64,000 bases of DNA from Thecamonas trahens ATCC 50062 (taxonomy: Eukaryota > Protista > Apusomonadida), in assembly GCF_000142905.1 (NCBI RefSeq), contig NW_013657623.1, positions 70,494-134,493 of the forward strand. Reading direction: 5' to 3'. Below, in pieces: positions 33,259 to 44,335 of the stretch (within the stretch, counting starts at the first letter, position 1; every line of letters begins with the position of its first letter). The position numbers and the translations under genes are program-made. A model generated the notes under the pieces. That model was not told where the DNA came from. It was given only the letters and a program-made list of their open reading frames with translations, and made no database searches.

Positions 33259-34395
33259 ATGATCCGCCCCACCGTGTTTGAAGTGTGGGCGCAGCGTGCT
33301 CTGAGCACGACGCTTCCTGCGGGGTGCGCGTGGGCTGTGGACTACGTGTCGGGCAAGGTCTCGTCGGCGACGGGCGGACGGGTGGCCGGGGTGGAGGCAC
33401 TGGTGGGCAGACGGCGATACGCGGCATGGGCTCTCCGGGCGCTCATCGAGAGCCATCACATGGTTCTTCACCACGGCTCCTTTGCCGAATCTTTTTATGG
33501 AATGAGAAGACGATCAGCTGATGCGAGTTGCTCAGACAGATCGCTCTCGCTCATCGCCCGCATCCTCGCTGCGCTCATCGACATCGCCCTGCCCATCGTC
33601 AAGGCTGCCGCTGACGAGTGGTACGAGGACGTCCGTGGCGTGGTTGCGCCAGCAGAGATCTCCGGGCTTGAGGCCTGGCAGATCGAAGACGAGGTGGTGC
33701 AGGATGGGTCTCACCTGCCGGAGCGTGCCGCAGAGGTCGGTCCGGACGTGGACGAGGTGTGGGCGCGACGGGAGGCGAGCTGGCGGTGGCTGATGTGGAT
33801 GGTGCGAGTGGCATGGCGGCGGATGGGCCGGCAGGCGGTGGTGGCGATCTATCCGGCGCTACATGCTGTGTACGTGCTGGCGTTCATGTTGTACGAGGTG
33901 CTGTACCTCAACAAGATGACCGACTATGCCTCGCCTGTCCTGCATCTTCTCGGCCAGCAGCTGGTCCGCTCGTCGGCCGCCGAGCTCGAGGCCTCGCTCT
34001 CGCTCTCGTCGCTCATCCTGCCGTCAGCGGTAGCAGCGTACGCACCGTCGGCCCTTGTCGCCGCTCTCGATGCGCTCAAGTACGCGTTTCCGGCCTCGGT
34101 CCTCGGCCACCGCATGGTCTCGTGGTGGAGCTCACGCGACGAGACCAATGCCGCGCCGCTGCCGGTTCCTGCGCCGCCGCCACCGCCGGCTGGGACCGAG
34201 GACGTTGCTCGCGGCGGGTGCGCCATCTGCGGTGCGGTGCCGCCGGCGAACCCCTCGTTTGTGCGGACGGGGTATGTCGTTTGCTTTACCTGTGGGAGTG
34301 AGGCGCTCTCGGCGTGTGGGGTGTGTCCGGTGACCCGGGCGGCGCTGCCGACGGCTGAGCCTCTCGATGCGCTGCACAAGCTGTACGTTGACTAG
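33259..34395 (+). CDS. PEX12: Peroxin 12 (RING peroxin)
   Basis: PTVFEVWAQ, GSFAESFYGMRR, WWS, PVPAPPPP, C-terminal CAIC..NPS..GYVVCFTC..CPVT. Confidence 0.9.
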   Translation: MIRPTVFEVWAQRALSTTLPAGCAWAVDYVSGKVSSATGGRVAGVEALVGRRRYAAWALRALIESHHMVLHHGSFAESFYGMRRRSADASCSDRSLSLIARILAALIDIALPIVKAAADEWYEDVRGVVAPAEISGLEAWQIEDEVVQDGSHLPERAAEVGPDVDEVWARREASWRWLMWMVRVAWRRMGRQAVVAIYPALHAVYVLAFMLYEVLYLNKMTDYASPVLHLLGQQLVRSSAAELEASLSLSSLILPSAVAAYAPSALVAALDALKYAFPASVLGHRMVSWWSSRDETNAAPLPVPAPPPPPAGTEDVARGGCAICGAVPPANPSFVRTGYVVCFTCGSEALSACGVCPVTRAALPTAEPLDALHKLYVD

Positions 34396-35606
34396 CTACG
34401 GGCGGCGCTTGGCGTGGCAAAGGTGGCAAAGCCGTGGCCGTCACCCAAGATGAGGTTCTGCCAGACGGCGCCGTCGTCGATGCGGGCAGCCACGTCGGCG
34501 AGGGCGATTGGAGTTCGCTGGTCGGCGAGGACGAGCTCGCCGGTCGGTGTCTCCCAGTGGGCGGCCGAGCCCCAGAGGCCGTAGGCATGCATGTGACTAG
34601 ATCCGGTGACAAAGACCGAGACGTGGTCGCCAGCGGCGGCAGTGTGGACGTCTGAAAGGCTTTCGAGATGGGTGACGCCCACAGAGACGCGCTCGGCGTC
34701 GGCGAGCGAGTCGATAGGCGTCCCGCCCCAGCCCCAGGTAAAGGCCATGCCATCGTCGGTGACGGCGACGCCGTGATGAACGCCGAGAGCGAGCGAGGCA
34801 ACATGGGCAGGGAGCTTGGTAGCGTGGCGTGGCTCGCCGACGGCAAACAGGCGCTCGCCGGTGAGCACTTGGCCGTACTCGTCGTTGCCCCACAGGTAGA
34901 CGTCGCCGTTGGCGAGGACTGCGCCCGAGACGTCGCCGCCGGCGGCGATGGACCGGGCAGGCAGCGGAAGTGGGACGTGATGCAGAACAGGGCCCGACGA
35001 TGGGCCCGAGGTAGGCACTCCGAGCTGGCCATCGGTGTTCCGCCCGGCAGCCCAGACCCGACCATCGACGTCGAGCGCAAGGGTATGGTCCAGGCCACAG
35101 GCGAGGTCGACCAGCGCTGGAGGCTCTGATGCGTCCGGGACCAGCGGCGAGGCCATGAGGCCGGTGACAGAGCTAAAGACGGTAATCTTGGCCACGTCGT
35201 GGGCCAGCAGGACCGCCCCGTGGCACCGGCCGAGATCTGCGGCCAGAACGCCGGCAGCACCACCTGGCGGGAGGGCCATGATCTTGCGGCCCAGGACCCC
35301 ATCGTGGCCGGAGAGCACCAGCCGAGCGTGGACATCGACGGCCAGGGTCGCCACACCGCCAGCGGCCAGGATGTCAGCATCAGCTAGTGGAGCAGCAGCC
35401 AGATCAAGCACGTTGTCGGTGATGGCCACCAGATCCGGCACATCGAGAGATAGCCCGCCGGCCATGGTCCTCGGCGAAGCCGGCGCCTCACCTGGAGGCA
35501 CCAGGCACTGTCCGCACTCGCCAGCCCCAAAAGCCACCGCCACCGTATGTGCCGCTCGAGCAGGTGCTACGGCATGGCTACGGCACACCGCCCGGAGTGC
35601 ATGCAT
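34392..35606 (-). CDS. RCC1-repeat protein (RCC1L/WBSCR16-like, possible mitochondrial presequence)
   Basis: LACGLDHTLALDVDGRVWAAGRNTDGQLG, IAAGGDVSGAV..GDVYLWGNDEYGQ, LALGVHHGVAV..FTWG. Confidence 0.85.
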   Translation of the reverse strand: MHALRAVCRSHAVAPARAAHTVAVAFGAGECGQCLVPPGEAPASPRTMAGGLSLDVPDLVAITDNVLDLAAAPLADADILAAGGVATLAVDVHARLVLSGHDGVLGRKIMALPPGGAAGVLAADLGRCHGAVLLAHDVAKITVFSSVTGLMASPLVPDASEPPALVDLACGLDHTLALDVDGRVWAAGRNTDGQLGVPTSGPSSGPVLHHVPLPLPARSIAAGGDVSGAVLANGDVYLWGNDEYGQVLTGERLFAVGEPRHATKLPAHVASLALGVHHGVAVTDDGMAFTWGWGGTPIDSLADAERVSVGVTHLESLSDVHTAAAGDHVSVFVTGSSHMHAYGLWGSAAHWETPTGELVLADQRTPIALADVAARIDDGAVWQNLILGDGHGFATFATPSAARS

Positions 35607-35815
35607 CGCTACGCGAGTGGTGTCGCGTCGAGTGGCCGAGGCTGGGACCGGCTTGCCCCTTGATCGGAGAGGGCACGGTATGGGGATGGATGGTGGTGGA
35701 GAAGGAGGAGGAGGAGGAGGAGGAGGTAGGGTTGCAGGAGGAGGTAGAGGTGATCGTGACGGTGGTGATGGCGATGGCGATGGTGTTGGTGATGATGATG
35801 GTAGTCGCTCTGGCA

Positions 35816-36105
35816 CTCGTTGCCCCAATCGTTGGCCACCCACAATCAATCAAACTCTCGTTGCCCCAATCGTTGCCACGATCAATCAAACTCTCGTTGC
35901 CCCAATCGTTGGCCACCCACAATCAATCAAACTCTCGTTGCCCCAATCGTTGCCACAATCAATCAAACTCTCGTTGCCCCAATCGTTGCCACGATCAATC
36001 AAACTCTCGTTGCCCCAATCGTTGGCCACCCACAATCAATCAAACTCTCGTTGCCCCAATCGTTGCCACAATCAATCAAACTCTCGTTGCCCCAATCGTT
36101 GGCCA
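35816..36105 (+). repeat. 36/41-bp minisatellite (CTCGTTGCCCCAATCGTT-var-ATCAATCAAACT), 7 units plus a partial
   Basis: Visible in the divergent interval between the RCC1-like gene and MCM3. Confidence 0.95.
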
Positions 36106-36174
36106 GCTCACCTCCCGTTCCCGACCAACCGATTGACGCCTCGCAACCGACCGTCTCTCTCCATTCCCTCGGCC

Positions 36175-39080
36175 ATGGACGCGGAGGACGTGGCCATCAA
36201 GTCTCAGTTCTATGAGTTCCTTGACGCAGATGTACGTTCTCTCCTGCAAACCCTGCCCTTCCTCTCCTCCCTGTACCCTCCTCCGCCGCTCCCCTGAGCT
36301 CCCCTCCCCTGCACTCCCAAGTCGTGGGATGGGGTGCTCCAGCGGGTGGCTTGTCGGGAGTTGTGGCCGGTGGTGTGGGACATTCGCCAACGATTGTTTG
36401 TTGAGAGAGTGATCAATAGATTTGAGCGACAGCCTTTATTTTTTGGGTGGTGGGAGGCATGGGGTGTACGGGGGTGTGGGGATAGCGTGAGGAGGGGAGA
36501 GACTCACAGTCAGCGGTGACAATCGGGAGAGGTCATACAGGCAGGTCAGGGAGTGTACATGGACAAGGTGCGCGAGATGATGCGGAAGCACCAGCGGCGG
36601 CTTATGGTGTCGGTCAACGACCTCCGGGCACACTCGCCGCATCTCGCCAAGCACGTTCTCACTCAGCCGGCAAAGTATCTGTTCCTGTTCGAGGCTGCCC
36701 TGGCGGAGATTGTGGCCAAGGAAGCGCCGTCGTACGTTGACCCGGATCACCCGGTGCGGATCGGGTTCGAGGGCTCGTTTGGCCTGCACCATGTCACCCC
36801 GCGCGGCCTTGGCGCTCATCTGCTGCACAAGATGGTCATGCTCGAGGGCATTGTGACCAAGGTCTCACTCGTCCGGCCCAAGATCGTCAAGTCGGTCCAC
36901 TACTGCCCGGCGACCAATGAGTTCTCCTCGCGGCAGTACCGTGATGCCATGGACCCGTACGATCTGCCGACCTCGTCGGTGTATCCGACCAAGGACGAGC
37001 GCGGCAACCCGCTCGAGACCGAGTACGGACTCTCGTCGTACAAGGACTTTCAAACGCTGGGCGTGCAGGAGATGCCGGAGCGTGCACCCGCCGGGCAGCT
37101 CCCGCGGTCGGTCTCTGTAGTTCTCAACGGCGACCTTGTGGACGCGGCCAAGCCGGGCGACCGCATCCACATTGTGGGCATCTACCAGGCGCTGGCCGGG
37201 CGGGCCGGCTCGTCGACCAACGGCGTCTTCAAGACCGCCATCATTGCCAACGCGGTGCAGAAGATGGGCAAGAACTCACTGCAGCCGGTCATGACGGAGG
37301 ACGACATTGCCCACATCAAGTCTGTGGCCAAGCAGGACGACGTGTACCGCAAGCTCGCCTCCTCGCTCGCACCGTCGATCTTTGGGCACGACCACATCAA
37401 GCGGGCGTTGCTGCTGCTTCTCCTGGGCGGCGTGGAGCACAACTTGGAGTCCGGCACGCACATCCGGGGCGACATCAACATCCTCATGGTGGGCGACCCG
37501 TCGACGGCCAAGTCGCAGCTCCTCCGCTTTGCCATGACCATTGCACCGCTCGCCATCTCGACCACGGGCCGCGGCTCATCAGGCGTGGGACTCACGGCCG
37601 CTGTCACGACCGACTCGGAGTCGGGCGAGCGGCGGCTGGAGGCCGGCGCCATGGTCCTCGCCGATCGCGGCATCGTGTGCATCGACGAGTTTGACAAGAT
37701 GTCCGACATGGACCGCGTCGCCATCCACGAAGTCATGGAGCAGCAGACGGTGACCATCGCCAAGGCTGGCATTCACACCTCGCTCAACGCCCGCTGCTCG
37801 GTCCTTGCTGCCGCCAACCCCATCTACGGCCAGTACAACACCTCGATCTCCCCGCAGCGCAACATTAACCTGCCGGACTCGCTCCTCTCGCGTTTTGACC
37901 TGCTCTTCATTGTCCTCGACACCCGCGACCCGCAGCGCGATCGCGACATTGCCGTCCACGTCCTCCGCTCGCATCGCTACCGTGACCCGCACGCGTCGGG
38001 CGCCCTCGCCTACGGCTCGAACCCAACGAAACCGTTGTGGAGGAGGACGTCGAAGACGAAGCCCACGCCGGCGCCGACACCACCACCGAGATGTATGAAA
38101 AGTACGACCAGCACCTGCATGCCGACCGCGGCCCGCAGTCGCTCTACTCAGTCGCCTTTCTCAAGAAGTACATCCACTACGCCAAGTCGCGCATCCAGCC
38201 CTCGCTCCGCCGTGAGGTCGTTGACTTTATCTCCAAGGCCTACTCGGAGCTCCGCTCCAAGGAGGATAACAAGACGCTACCGGTGACTGCCCGTACGCTC
38301 GAGACCATCATCCGCCTCTCGTGCGCCCACGCCAAGGCCCGCCTCTCCAACGAGGTCGAGCAGGACGACGTCGTCGCCGCCCTCGAGCTCCTCAACTTTG
38401 CGCTCTACAAGGACGCGTCAGTGGTCAAGCCGACCCGGCCGCGCGCCCCGCCCGCAGACTCGGACGACGACTCGGACATTGATCTGGGCTCGGACGATGA
38501 TGATGACGACGACAACGGCGCAGGCCCTGGAGACTACGAGGGTACCTACGACGAGGCCGGTGCCGCCGTCGCCGGCGGAGACGACGACGACGAGTTTGCC
38601 TTCCGCGACGACGACGCCTCCTCGGCCTCCAAGCGCACCACCCGCTCGTCGCCGCGCAAGGTCCGCGCCTCGCCGCGCAAGGCTATGGCTGTTCCGTCGC
38701 CGCTCAAGTCCAAGTCCAAGGTCGCGAACACGGCGGTCCGCTCCTCGCCGCGCAAGGCCACCAAGAAGGCCGCCGCAAGCTCGTCCCGTGCCGACACCAT
38801 CGACGCCAACGCCTCGTTTGACACGCTCATCGCCGCCGGCGACGTCGTCAAGAACTATGTCGACGACATCGACGACGCGCGTGTCAACGAGTTCCGTCGT
38901 GCCCTCTTCCGGCTCTTCAAGTCGCGCACCAGCGAGGAGGCTGTCACCCTCGACGCCGTCCGCACCGCCGTTAACGCCGACGGTGCGGCCTACAGCACCC
39001 GCGAAATCTACGCCATGCTTCTCGAGCTCGAGGAGGAGGAGAAGATCATGCTCTCCGAGCACGAGGTCTACCGCGTGTAA
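36175..39080 (+). CDS. MCM3: DNA replication licensing factor MCM3; intron 36232-36540; one-base frameshift at 38022-38024
   Basis: Exon 1 [19 protein letters not shown] + GTACGT..CAG + [22 protein letters not shown]; [16 protein letters not shown], Walker [22 protein letters not shown], then [11 protein letters not shown] and the winged helix in the shifted frame. Confidence 0.96.
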
Positions 39081-39127
39081 GAAGTACGTGCCGAGTTAAC
39101 TGAGGACGCGAACAGTATCCTGGTGTG

Positions 39128-39237
39128 TACCACCCGCGAGATCTACGCCATGCTGCTCAAGCTCGAAGAGGACGAGGAGGAAACCATGCTCTCCGTGTGC
39201 TCTACCACACGTGAAGTAACATGCCGAGTTAACTGAG
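39128..39237 (+). repeat. Degenerate tandem copy of the MCM3 3' end (source about 38991-39104)
   Basis: cacccgcgagatctacgccatgctgctcaagctcga...ccgagttaactgag repeats cacccgcgaaatctacgccatgcttctcgagctcga...ccgagttaactgag. Confidence 0.85.
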
Positions 39238-39290
39238 CGAGCTCATGCTTGTTTGGGTGGGTGTATATTGTGCGTGGTGCGTAGAGGGGG

Positions 39291-39914
39291 CTACAGATCG
39301 GTGTGATCGGCTGGCGCAGGAGCCGTCTCCGAAGCAGATCCGGCGGACGGGAGTGGGAAGTCGTTGCACACCTGAGCCCACTCATCACAGAGCATGAGCG
39401 GGATGTCAAGGACAGTATCGTACGAGTCATGGATGTAGTCAAAGAGCTCGTCCTCGTAGGCCTCGACGATGCGATGGCAGGCATGAAGCGGACCGTCCTT
39501 CTCAAACACGCCCATCTGAACATTGGAGAAGGAGCCACCAGCACCGACATTGACATAGTCCAACGATCCGTCGTCGTTTGTGGCCACCGCATCAGCGCCC
39601 TTGAACGACTCTGAGCAGACCTCCTCCAAGATCTCGTACACCCGCGACTCTGATCGCTGATAGCGGACATACTTGTACGATCCGTCTGCGTTTGTCCGCG
39701 ATCCATGCATGACCGTCGACGTAGGATGGACAGCATTGACCATGTCGTCGATAGCCCGTCCTGTCGCCCTGCACACCCCACATACATGCTCGGCAGGCAG
39801 GCCGGCGTACCGCAGCCGGCGGACCTTGCCTCGTCCGGCAGCCGGCACCACCAGCACTGCCAGCACTCCGAGCAGGGCCATCAGTGCCACAGCAGCAGTG
39901 AGAGAGATCCGCAT
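39291..39914 (-). CDS. Canopy family (CNPY/DUF3456) ER saposin-like protein
   Basis: Signal peptide, CGVCRA, GSRTNADG..YQRSESRVYEILEEVC, ACHRIVEAYEDEL, LC....VC, C-terminal HTDL retention-like signal. Confidence 0.85.
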   Translation of the reverse strand: MRISLTAAVALMALLGVLAVLVVPAAGRGKVRRLRYAGLPAEHVCGVCRATGRAIDDMVNAVHPTSTVMHGSRTNADGSYKYVRYQRSESRVYEILEEVCSESFKGADAVATNDDGSLDYVNVGAGGSFSNVQMGVFEKDGPLHACHRIVEAYEDELFDYIHDSYDTVLDIPLMLCDEWAQVCNDFPLPSAGSASETAPAPADHTDL

Positions 39915-40084
39915 TGGGAGGGTTGTGTGAGTGTGAGTTGGGTGGTAGTGGTAGTGGTAGTGGTGGTGGTGGTGGTGGTGGGGGTGGGGGGTGTGTGGGG
40001 GTGGGGTGGGTGGGCAGAGGCGGCTCTGACGTCAGAGAGTTGACGGAGGAGACAGGGAGAGCGGGGAGCGGGCGATGGTGACTG

Positions 40085-40193
40085 ATGATGATGATGGGGG
40101 TGATGACGATGATGATGATGGTGACGATGATGATGATGGTGACCATGATGATGACCATGATGATGACGATGATGATGATGGGGGGTGATGACC

Positions 40194-40229
<36 letters not shown>

Positions 40230-40265
40230 GGGGTGATGACCATGATGATGATGGTGATAGTGATG
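40085..40265 (+). repeat. (GAT)n-rich microsatellite tract
   Basis: Long imperfect GAT repeat in the intergenic space. Confidence 0.9.
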
Positions 40266-40481
40266 GGAGTATGAGAGAAATCGTGGGTGAGATGATGATT
40301 TTAGGGGGATGATGGCGTGGTTGTAGTGGTGGTTGTGGTGGTAGCCGTGGGCATGATGATGGGCGTGGCGTGGCCTGGCGTGACGGGTGTACGGATCATG
40401 ACGGGGATCCTGGTCATAGCAGGTGTACCGATCACAATGGTGTAGGAGTTGGCAGGGGGTAGGCAGATAGGCATAAGGACA

Positions 40482-41556
40482 TCACTTGCGCTTCTTACCA
40501 CCCTTCTTCTTGTTCTTGTTGTTGTTCTTGCTCTTACCGGCCTTCTTTCTCTTGCCTCCGCTGGCCTTGGCCCGCCGCGGAGATGGTCGGGGAGAAAGTC
40601 GGCGTCGTCTGGCGGCGGTGCGGCGTCGGCGGCGGCACGAATGTCGGCACGCAGCGCAGAGAGGGCGGCGGCAGCAGCAGTGGTTAGCGGATCGCTGTTA
40701 CCGAGCACCTCGCGGCGGATGCGAACAGCAGCCTTGAGCACATCGACAGCCTCGTGGTGGAAGCCGAGCGCAACCATCGACTGGCTGACTCGCAGCCGGG
40801 TGTCGACCAGCCGTGAGTCGGTCTTGCCCAGCACCGCCTCGGCGACGGCCATGAACTCGTTGAACGCCTGGAGGACGTCGGGGTGGCCACCGGCCGCGTG
40901 CATGGCCTCAAGCCACTCAATCCAGATAATCGAGGTCTGCGGATGTCGCGGACCGAGCGCTCCGGCCGCCGCCTGCATCAGCGCGCCAAGCCCGTCCACC
41001 GCGGCCTCAACTTCGCCCTTGGCCCGCTGCGCCCTCAGCACCGTCGTCCTCGCCGCAATTGTCTTCTCATCGGCGGGGCCAAACGCGCTCTCCACCGCCT
41101 CGGTCACGGCCGTCGCCTCGGTCTCGGCCTCGGCAGCCCTCCCAAGATCCAGCAGTACACTCGCCCGGGCCAGACGGGCATCAAGGCGCGGCAGAGCCAC
41201 AGCGGCGATGGCATCATCGCCAGCAGCGTGGCCATCGGCAGCAGCTTCATGGCCATCCGGCAGCAGATCCAAAGCACAATCAAAGGCATCGATGGCGTCT
41301 TCGGGCCGCTTGAGACGATGCAGAGCAAGTGCACGCATGTGGTGGGCCTTGGCAGCCTTGGCCGCAGCCGCCTGCTTCTCTTCGGCCGTGCTCGCTTCGG
41401 CAGCAGCAGTACTCGCTCCCGCAGCCACCTCGCCAAGAGCCACCTCGGCCGACTCGTACTCGCCCGAGTTGAAGAAGAACATGGCGAGCTCGCTCTTGTC
41501 GGCCCCCGTTGCAGGCGCTGTCTCCTCTCTCCTCGCTGCTGCTGTTGTTGGTGTTG

Positions 41557-41587
<31 letters not shown>

Positions 41588-41605
41588 TGGGTTGGGCGCG
41601 GACAT
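40482..41605 (-). CDS. TPR-repeat protein (kinesin-light-chain-like TPRs), Lys-rich tail after a one-base frameshift near 40572
   Basis: AMFFFNSGEYESAE, ALALHRLKRPEDAIDAFDCAL, LGPRHPQT, VLGNSDPLT. Adding one G gives the tail GAKASGGKRKKAGKSKNNNKNKKKGGKKRK*. Confidence 0.75.
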
Positions 41606-41712
41606 GGTCGGCGTCCGGTGACAGGTCTTGCCGCCACCCCGCCACTCACCGCTCACCGCTCACCTGCTCGCGCCACTTGCTTGGACTCATTCCATATCAC
41701 TCACGGACGGCT

Positions 41713-44055
41713 TTACACCTCGATGAATCGGACGAGTGCTCCAACAAGGGCAGTGGCAGCAACGCCGAGAATACGGTTACGGAGTTGTGCGGTGAGCGCG
41801 ATGGAGAGGATCGACGGTGCGGGCTGGTCGGCAACCTCGAGGATTTGAGCGTCGAGCGCCTGCATCAGCGCTTGCTTGGTCGCAGCCTGTGATGAAGCCT
41901 CCACCGCTGCAGAGAGCTGCTTGCGGAGCTTGTGCTTCTGGGTGGTGAGGAAGAACTGCTGCTTGGTTCGGTACGAGGCAATGCTGATTCCGGCCGAGAC
42001 GATGGCGTAGAGGAAGAGGAGGAGGACTACCATGTTGAAGAGGGTGTACACACCGAGCGCGTCAAAGAACGCACCGTCGTGCGGCAGCGTCACGATGCGC
42101 ACAATGACAAAGAGCGTGAGCGTGATGACGCCTGCCAGCGCCATCGCCGCCACAGGCCCGGCCTCACGATTGGCCACCTCCATCCGCGCACGGATCCGAG
42201 TCCGCAGCTCGGCCCACAAATACAGCATGTACTGGTTCTCGATGGTCAGTACGTACGGCTTGCGCTTGCCCGAAGCACGCGCCACCAGCGACGTCTTACG
42301 CGTCGACGCCTCATGCAGCGCTCGCAAGTGACCCTCCACAAACCGCAGCTCCGCCAGCGCCTTGAACAGAAGCAGCACCACCGAGAGTGTCGTCACAAAC
42401 AGCGCGTACAGCGCAAGAATTCGCGCGCCGCTCTCATACCACGCCGCATCCAGCGCAAAGGCATGTGACCGCCACAGCGATGAGAGCGAAAAACCGCCCG
42501 ATGCAGACGCGGACCGATACACTGGGCCAAGCAGAGCCTGCACCGCCGAGATAGACAGTGCCAGCGCCACGTAGCACAGAATCCGCCGCCACGATGACGC
42601 CGCGCTGGCAAACAGTGCCATCATGCGATCAATGATCGCGTCGTCTTGCTCGCGCGCCTTCAGCAGCGGCGCAGGCCGTCGCGGCCCGGCTTCCATGTCT
42701 GTGGTACTCGACGACGACAGATCGTCCAGGAACTCTGACGCTGACGACCGTGCTGTCGACTCGTAGTCAGAAACGTACTCATAGAGATACATACCCGACA
42801 TCGACTCCGACTCTTGCTGCTCTGTCCACGCGCCTGATGCGCTCACCCACACATGTCCGCGAGCTTGCTCTTGCTGCTCCGAGAGCAGCGAGACCAGATC
42901 ACCGTCAGTTCCGTCAAACTCGTACGTTGCCAGCAGCGCCTCCATGTCGCGATGCGAGAGCGAGCCGTGGCCCGAAGTCGCGACCGCGTCCACCGAGCCA
43001 ACGCCCACAGACGCACGGTCAAGAAGCGCACGCAGCCGGTCGAGCTGATACTGCTCATTGAGCAGCGAGAGTTTGGTGAACAGGAGGCCGAGCGCAAGTA
43101 GATACACCAGCGTGTATCCCAGCAGGGGTGCCATCCGCTCCGCCAACGAAAGCTCGAGCTGGGACCAGTGTGAGACCAAAATGTACAGTGAGATGCCCGC
43201 AGCAGTAGAGAGCGGAACCATGACCAGCGCCGCGGCATACGCAATCCACGTCCGCGCTGATGACGAGACCAGCGCCGCCGTCGACGTTGTCGACGCCAGC
43301 GCCACGTGCCGTTCGTAGTAGCGGTGTACAACCGGAAAGACGACCGGAATGAGGAGGACCCACGCCCAGAGCGGTGCAGTGAGATAGACCCAGAGAGCAA
43401 GGATCTTCTGCTTGGACGACCGCGAGACGCTCAGCGAGGACGCCCCGAGACAGGTCGCCATCCGCGATGCCGACAGCCGCAGATTCGAGAGCAGCTCCAG
43501 CGAGGCCAGCTCCTTCAGCTGCGGCTGGGCCTCGGCCCGTGCCGCCGTCCAGTACTCGCGGTTTTCCAGATGATGTAGCTGCCGTACCAGATTCTCCCGA
43601 TTAGCAGAGAGGCCACCCACACCAGTCGTTCCCGCCACGTCAGGCATCGACCGTGCCAGCCGATCCGGCACTGCAGCAGTAGGAAAGCTCGAGCTCGAGC
43701 CTGCGCTCAGCGAGGACGGAAGCGATGCCCCCGATGATGATACTGATACCCCTGAGGCCGAGCTCGATGTCGAAGCCGATTCCGCCAAGTAAGTATTGGC
43801 TTTGCTCCTCCGCTTGCGGGACGATGTCGCTTCCGTGGTCGAGCCCTTGCTCTTCCGCTTCGACTTTGACTTTGACTTTGGCTTTGACTTGCTCTTGCTC
43901 TTGCTCTTGCTCTTGCTCTTGTTCTTGCTCTTGCTCCTGCTCTTGGACGTGACCTTATCTGGGCGTGTCGACTGGGCTTTCTGGCCCTGGCGTGACCTCC
44001 TGCGTCGCGGCGGCGTGTTGGCGCCAGCCGAAACTTTTGAATGTTTGGCAGACAT
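41713..44055 (-). CDS. PHTF-like multi-pass membrane protein (7TM ion-channel superfamily candidate)
   Basis: Own ATG (MSAKHSK) after intergenic-type CAC/ACC repeats. C-terminus YLWAELRTRI..LFLYAIVSAG..FLTTQK..PSILSIALTAQLRNRILGVAATALVGAL parallels the PHTF C-terminus. Confidence 0.65.
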   Translation of the reverse strand: MSAKHSKVSAGANTPPRRRRSRQGQKAQSTRPDKVTSKSRSKSKNKSKSKSKSKSKSKPKSKSKSKRKSKGSTTEATSSRKRRSKANTYLAESASTSSSASGVSVSSSGASLPSSLSAGSSSSFPTAAVPDRLARSMPDVAGTTGVGGLSANRENLVRQLHHLENREYWTAARAEAQPQLKELASLELLSNLRLSASRMATCLGASSLSVSRSSKQKILALWVYLTAPLWAWVLLIPVVFPVVHRYYERHVALASTTSTAALVSSSARTWIAYAAALVMVPLSTAAGISLYILVSHWSQLELSLAERMAPLLGYTLVYLLALGLLFTKLSLLNEQYQLDRLRALLDRASVGVGSVDAVATSGHGSLSHRDMEALLATYEFDGTDGDLVSLLSEQQEQARGHVWVSASGAWTEQQESESMSGMYLYEYVSDYESTARSSASEFLDDLSSSSTTDMEAGPRRPAPLLKAREQDDAIIDRMMALFASAASSWRRILCYVALALSISAVQALLGPVYRSASASGGFSLSSLWRSHAFALDAAWYESGARILALYALFVTTLSVVLLLFKALAELRFVEGHLRALHEASTRKTSLVARASGKRKPYVLTIENQYMLYLWAELRTRIRARMEVANREAGPVAAMALAGVITLTLFVIVRIVTLPHDGAFFDALGVYTLFNMVVLLLFLYAIVSAGISIASYRTKQQFFLTTQKHKLRKQLSAAVEASSQAATKQALMQALDAQILEVADQPAPSILSIALTAQLRNRILGVAATALVGALVRFIEV

Positions 44056-44335
44056 GTCGGCGATGGGAGGGGAGGGGAGGGAGGTGTGTGTATGCGTGTG
44101 TGTGTGCGAGGGGGCGGGGGTGGGGTGGGGGTGAGGAGGTAGTGGCGTGTGTGTTTGTGTTTGTGTGTTTGTGTGGTGTGTGGTCGGAACGTGATGATGG
44201 TGGTGGTGTTGCGGTGGTGGTGGTGCGGTGGTGGTGGTGCGGTGGGACAGGCGATTCGGTGGTGGTGACTGGACGTGTGTTCTGGGATGGGGGATGGGCT
44301 TGGGGACGATGGCTACGACTTTGGCGATGCTCTTG

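Noticed and set aside
35816-36105. CRISPR-like repeat-spacer array
   Set aside because: The variable parts are only 5-10 nt and are themselves repeated, so this is a minisatellite.
36175-39080. MCM3 and other frameshifted genes as pseudogenes
   Set aside because: Motifs are intact on both sides of a single one-base lesion, with no other decay.
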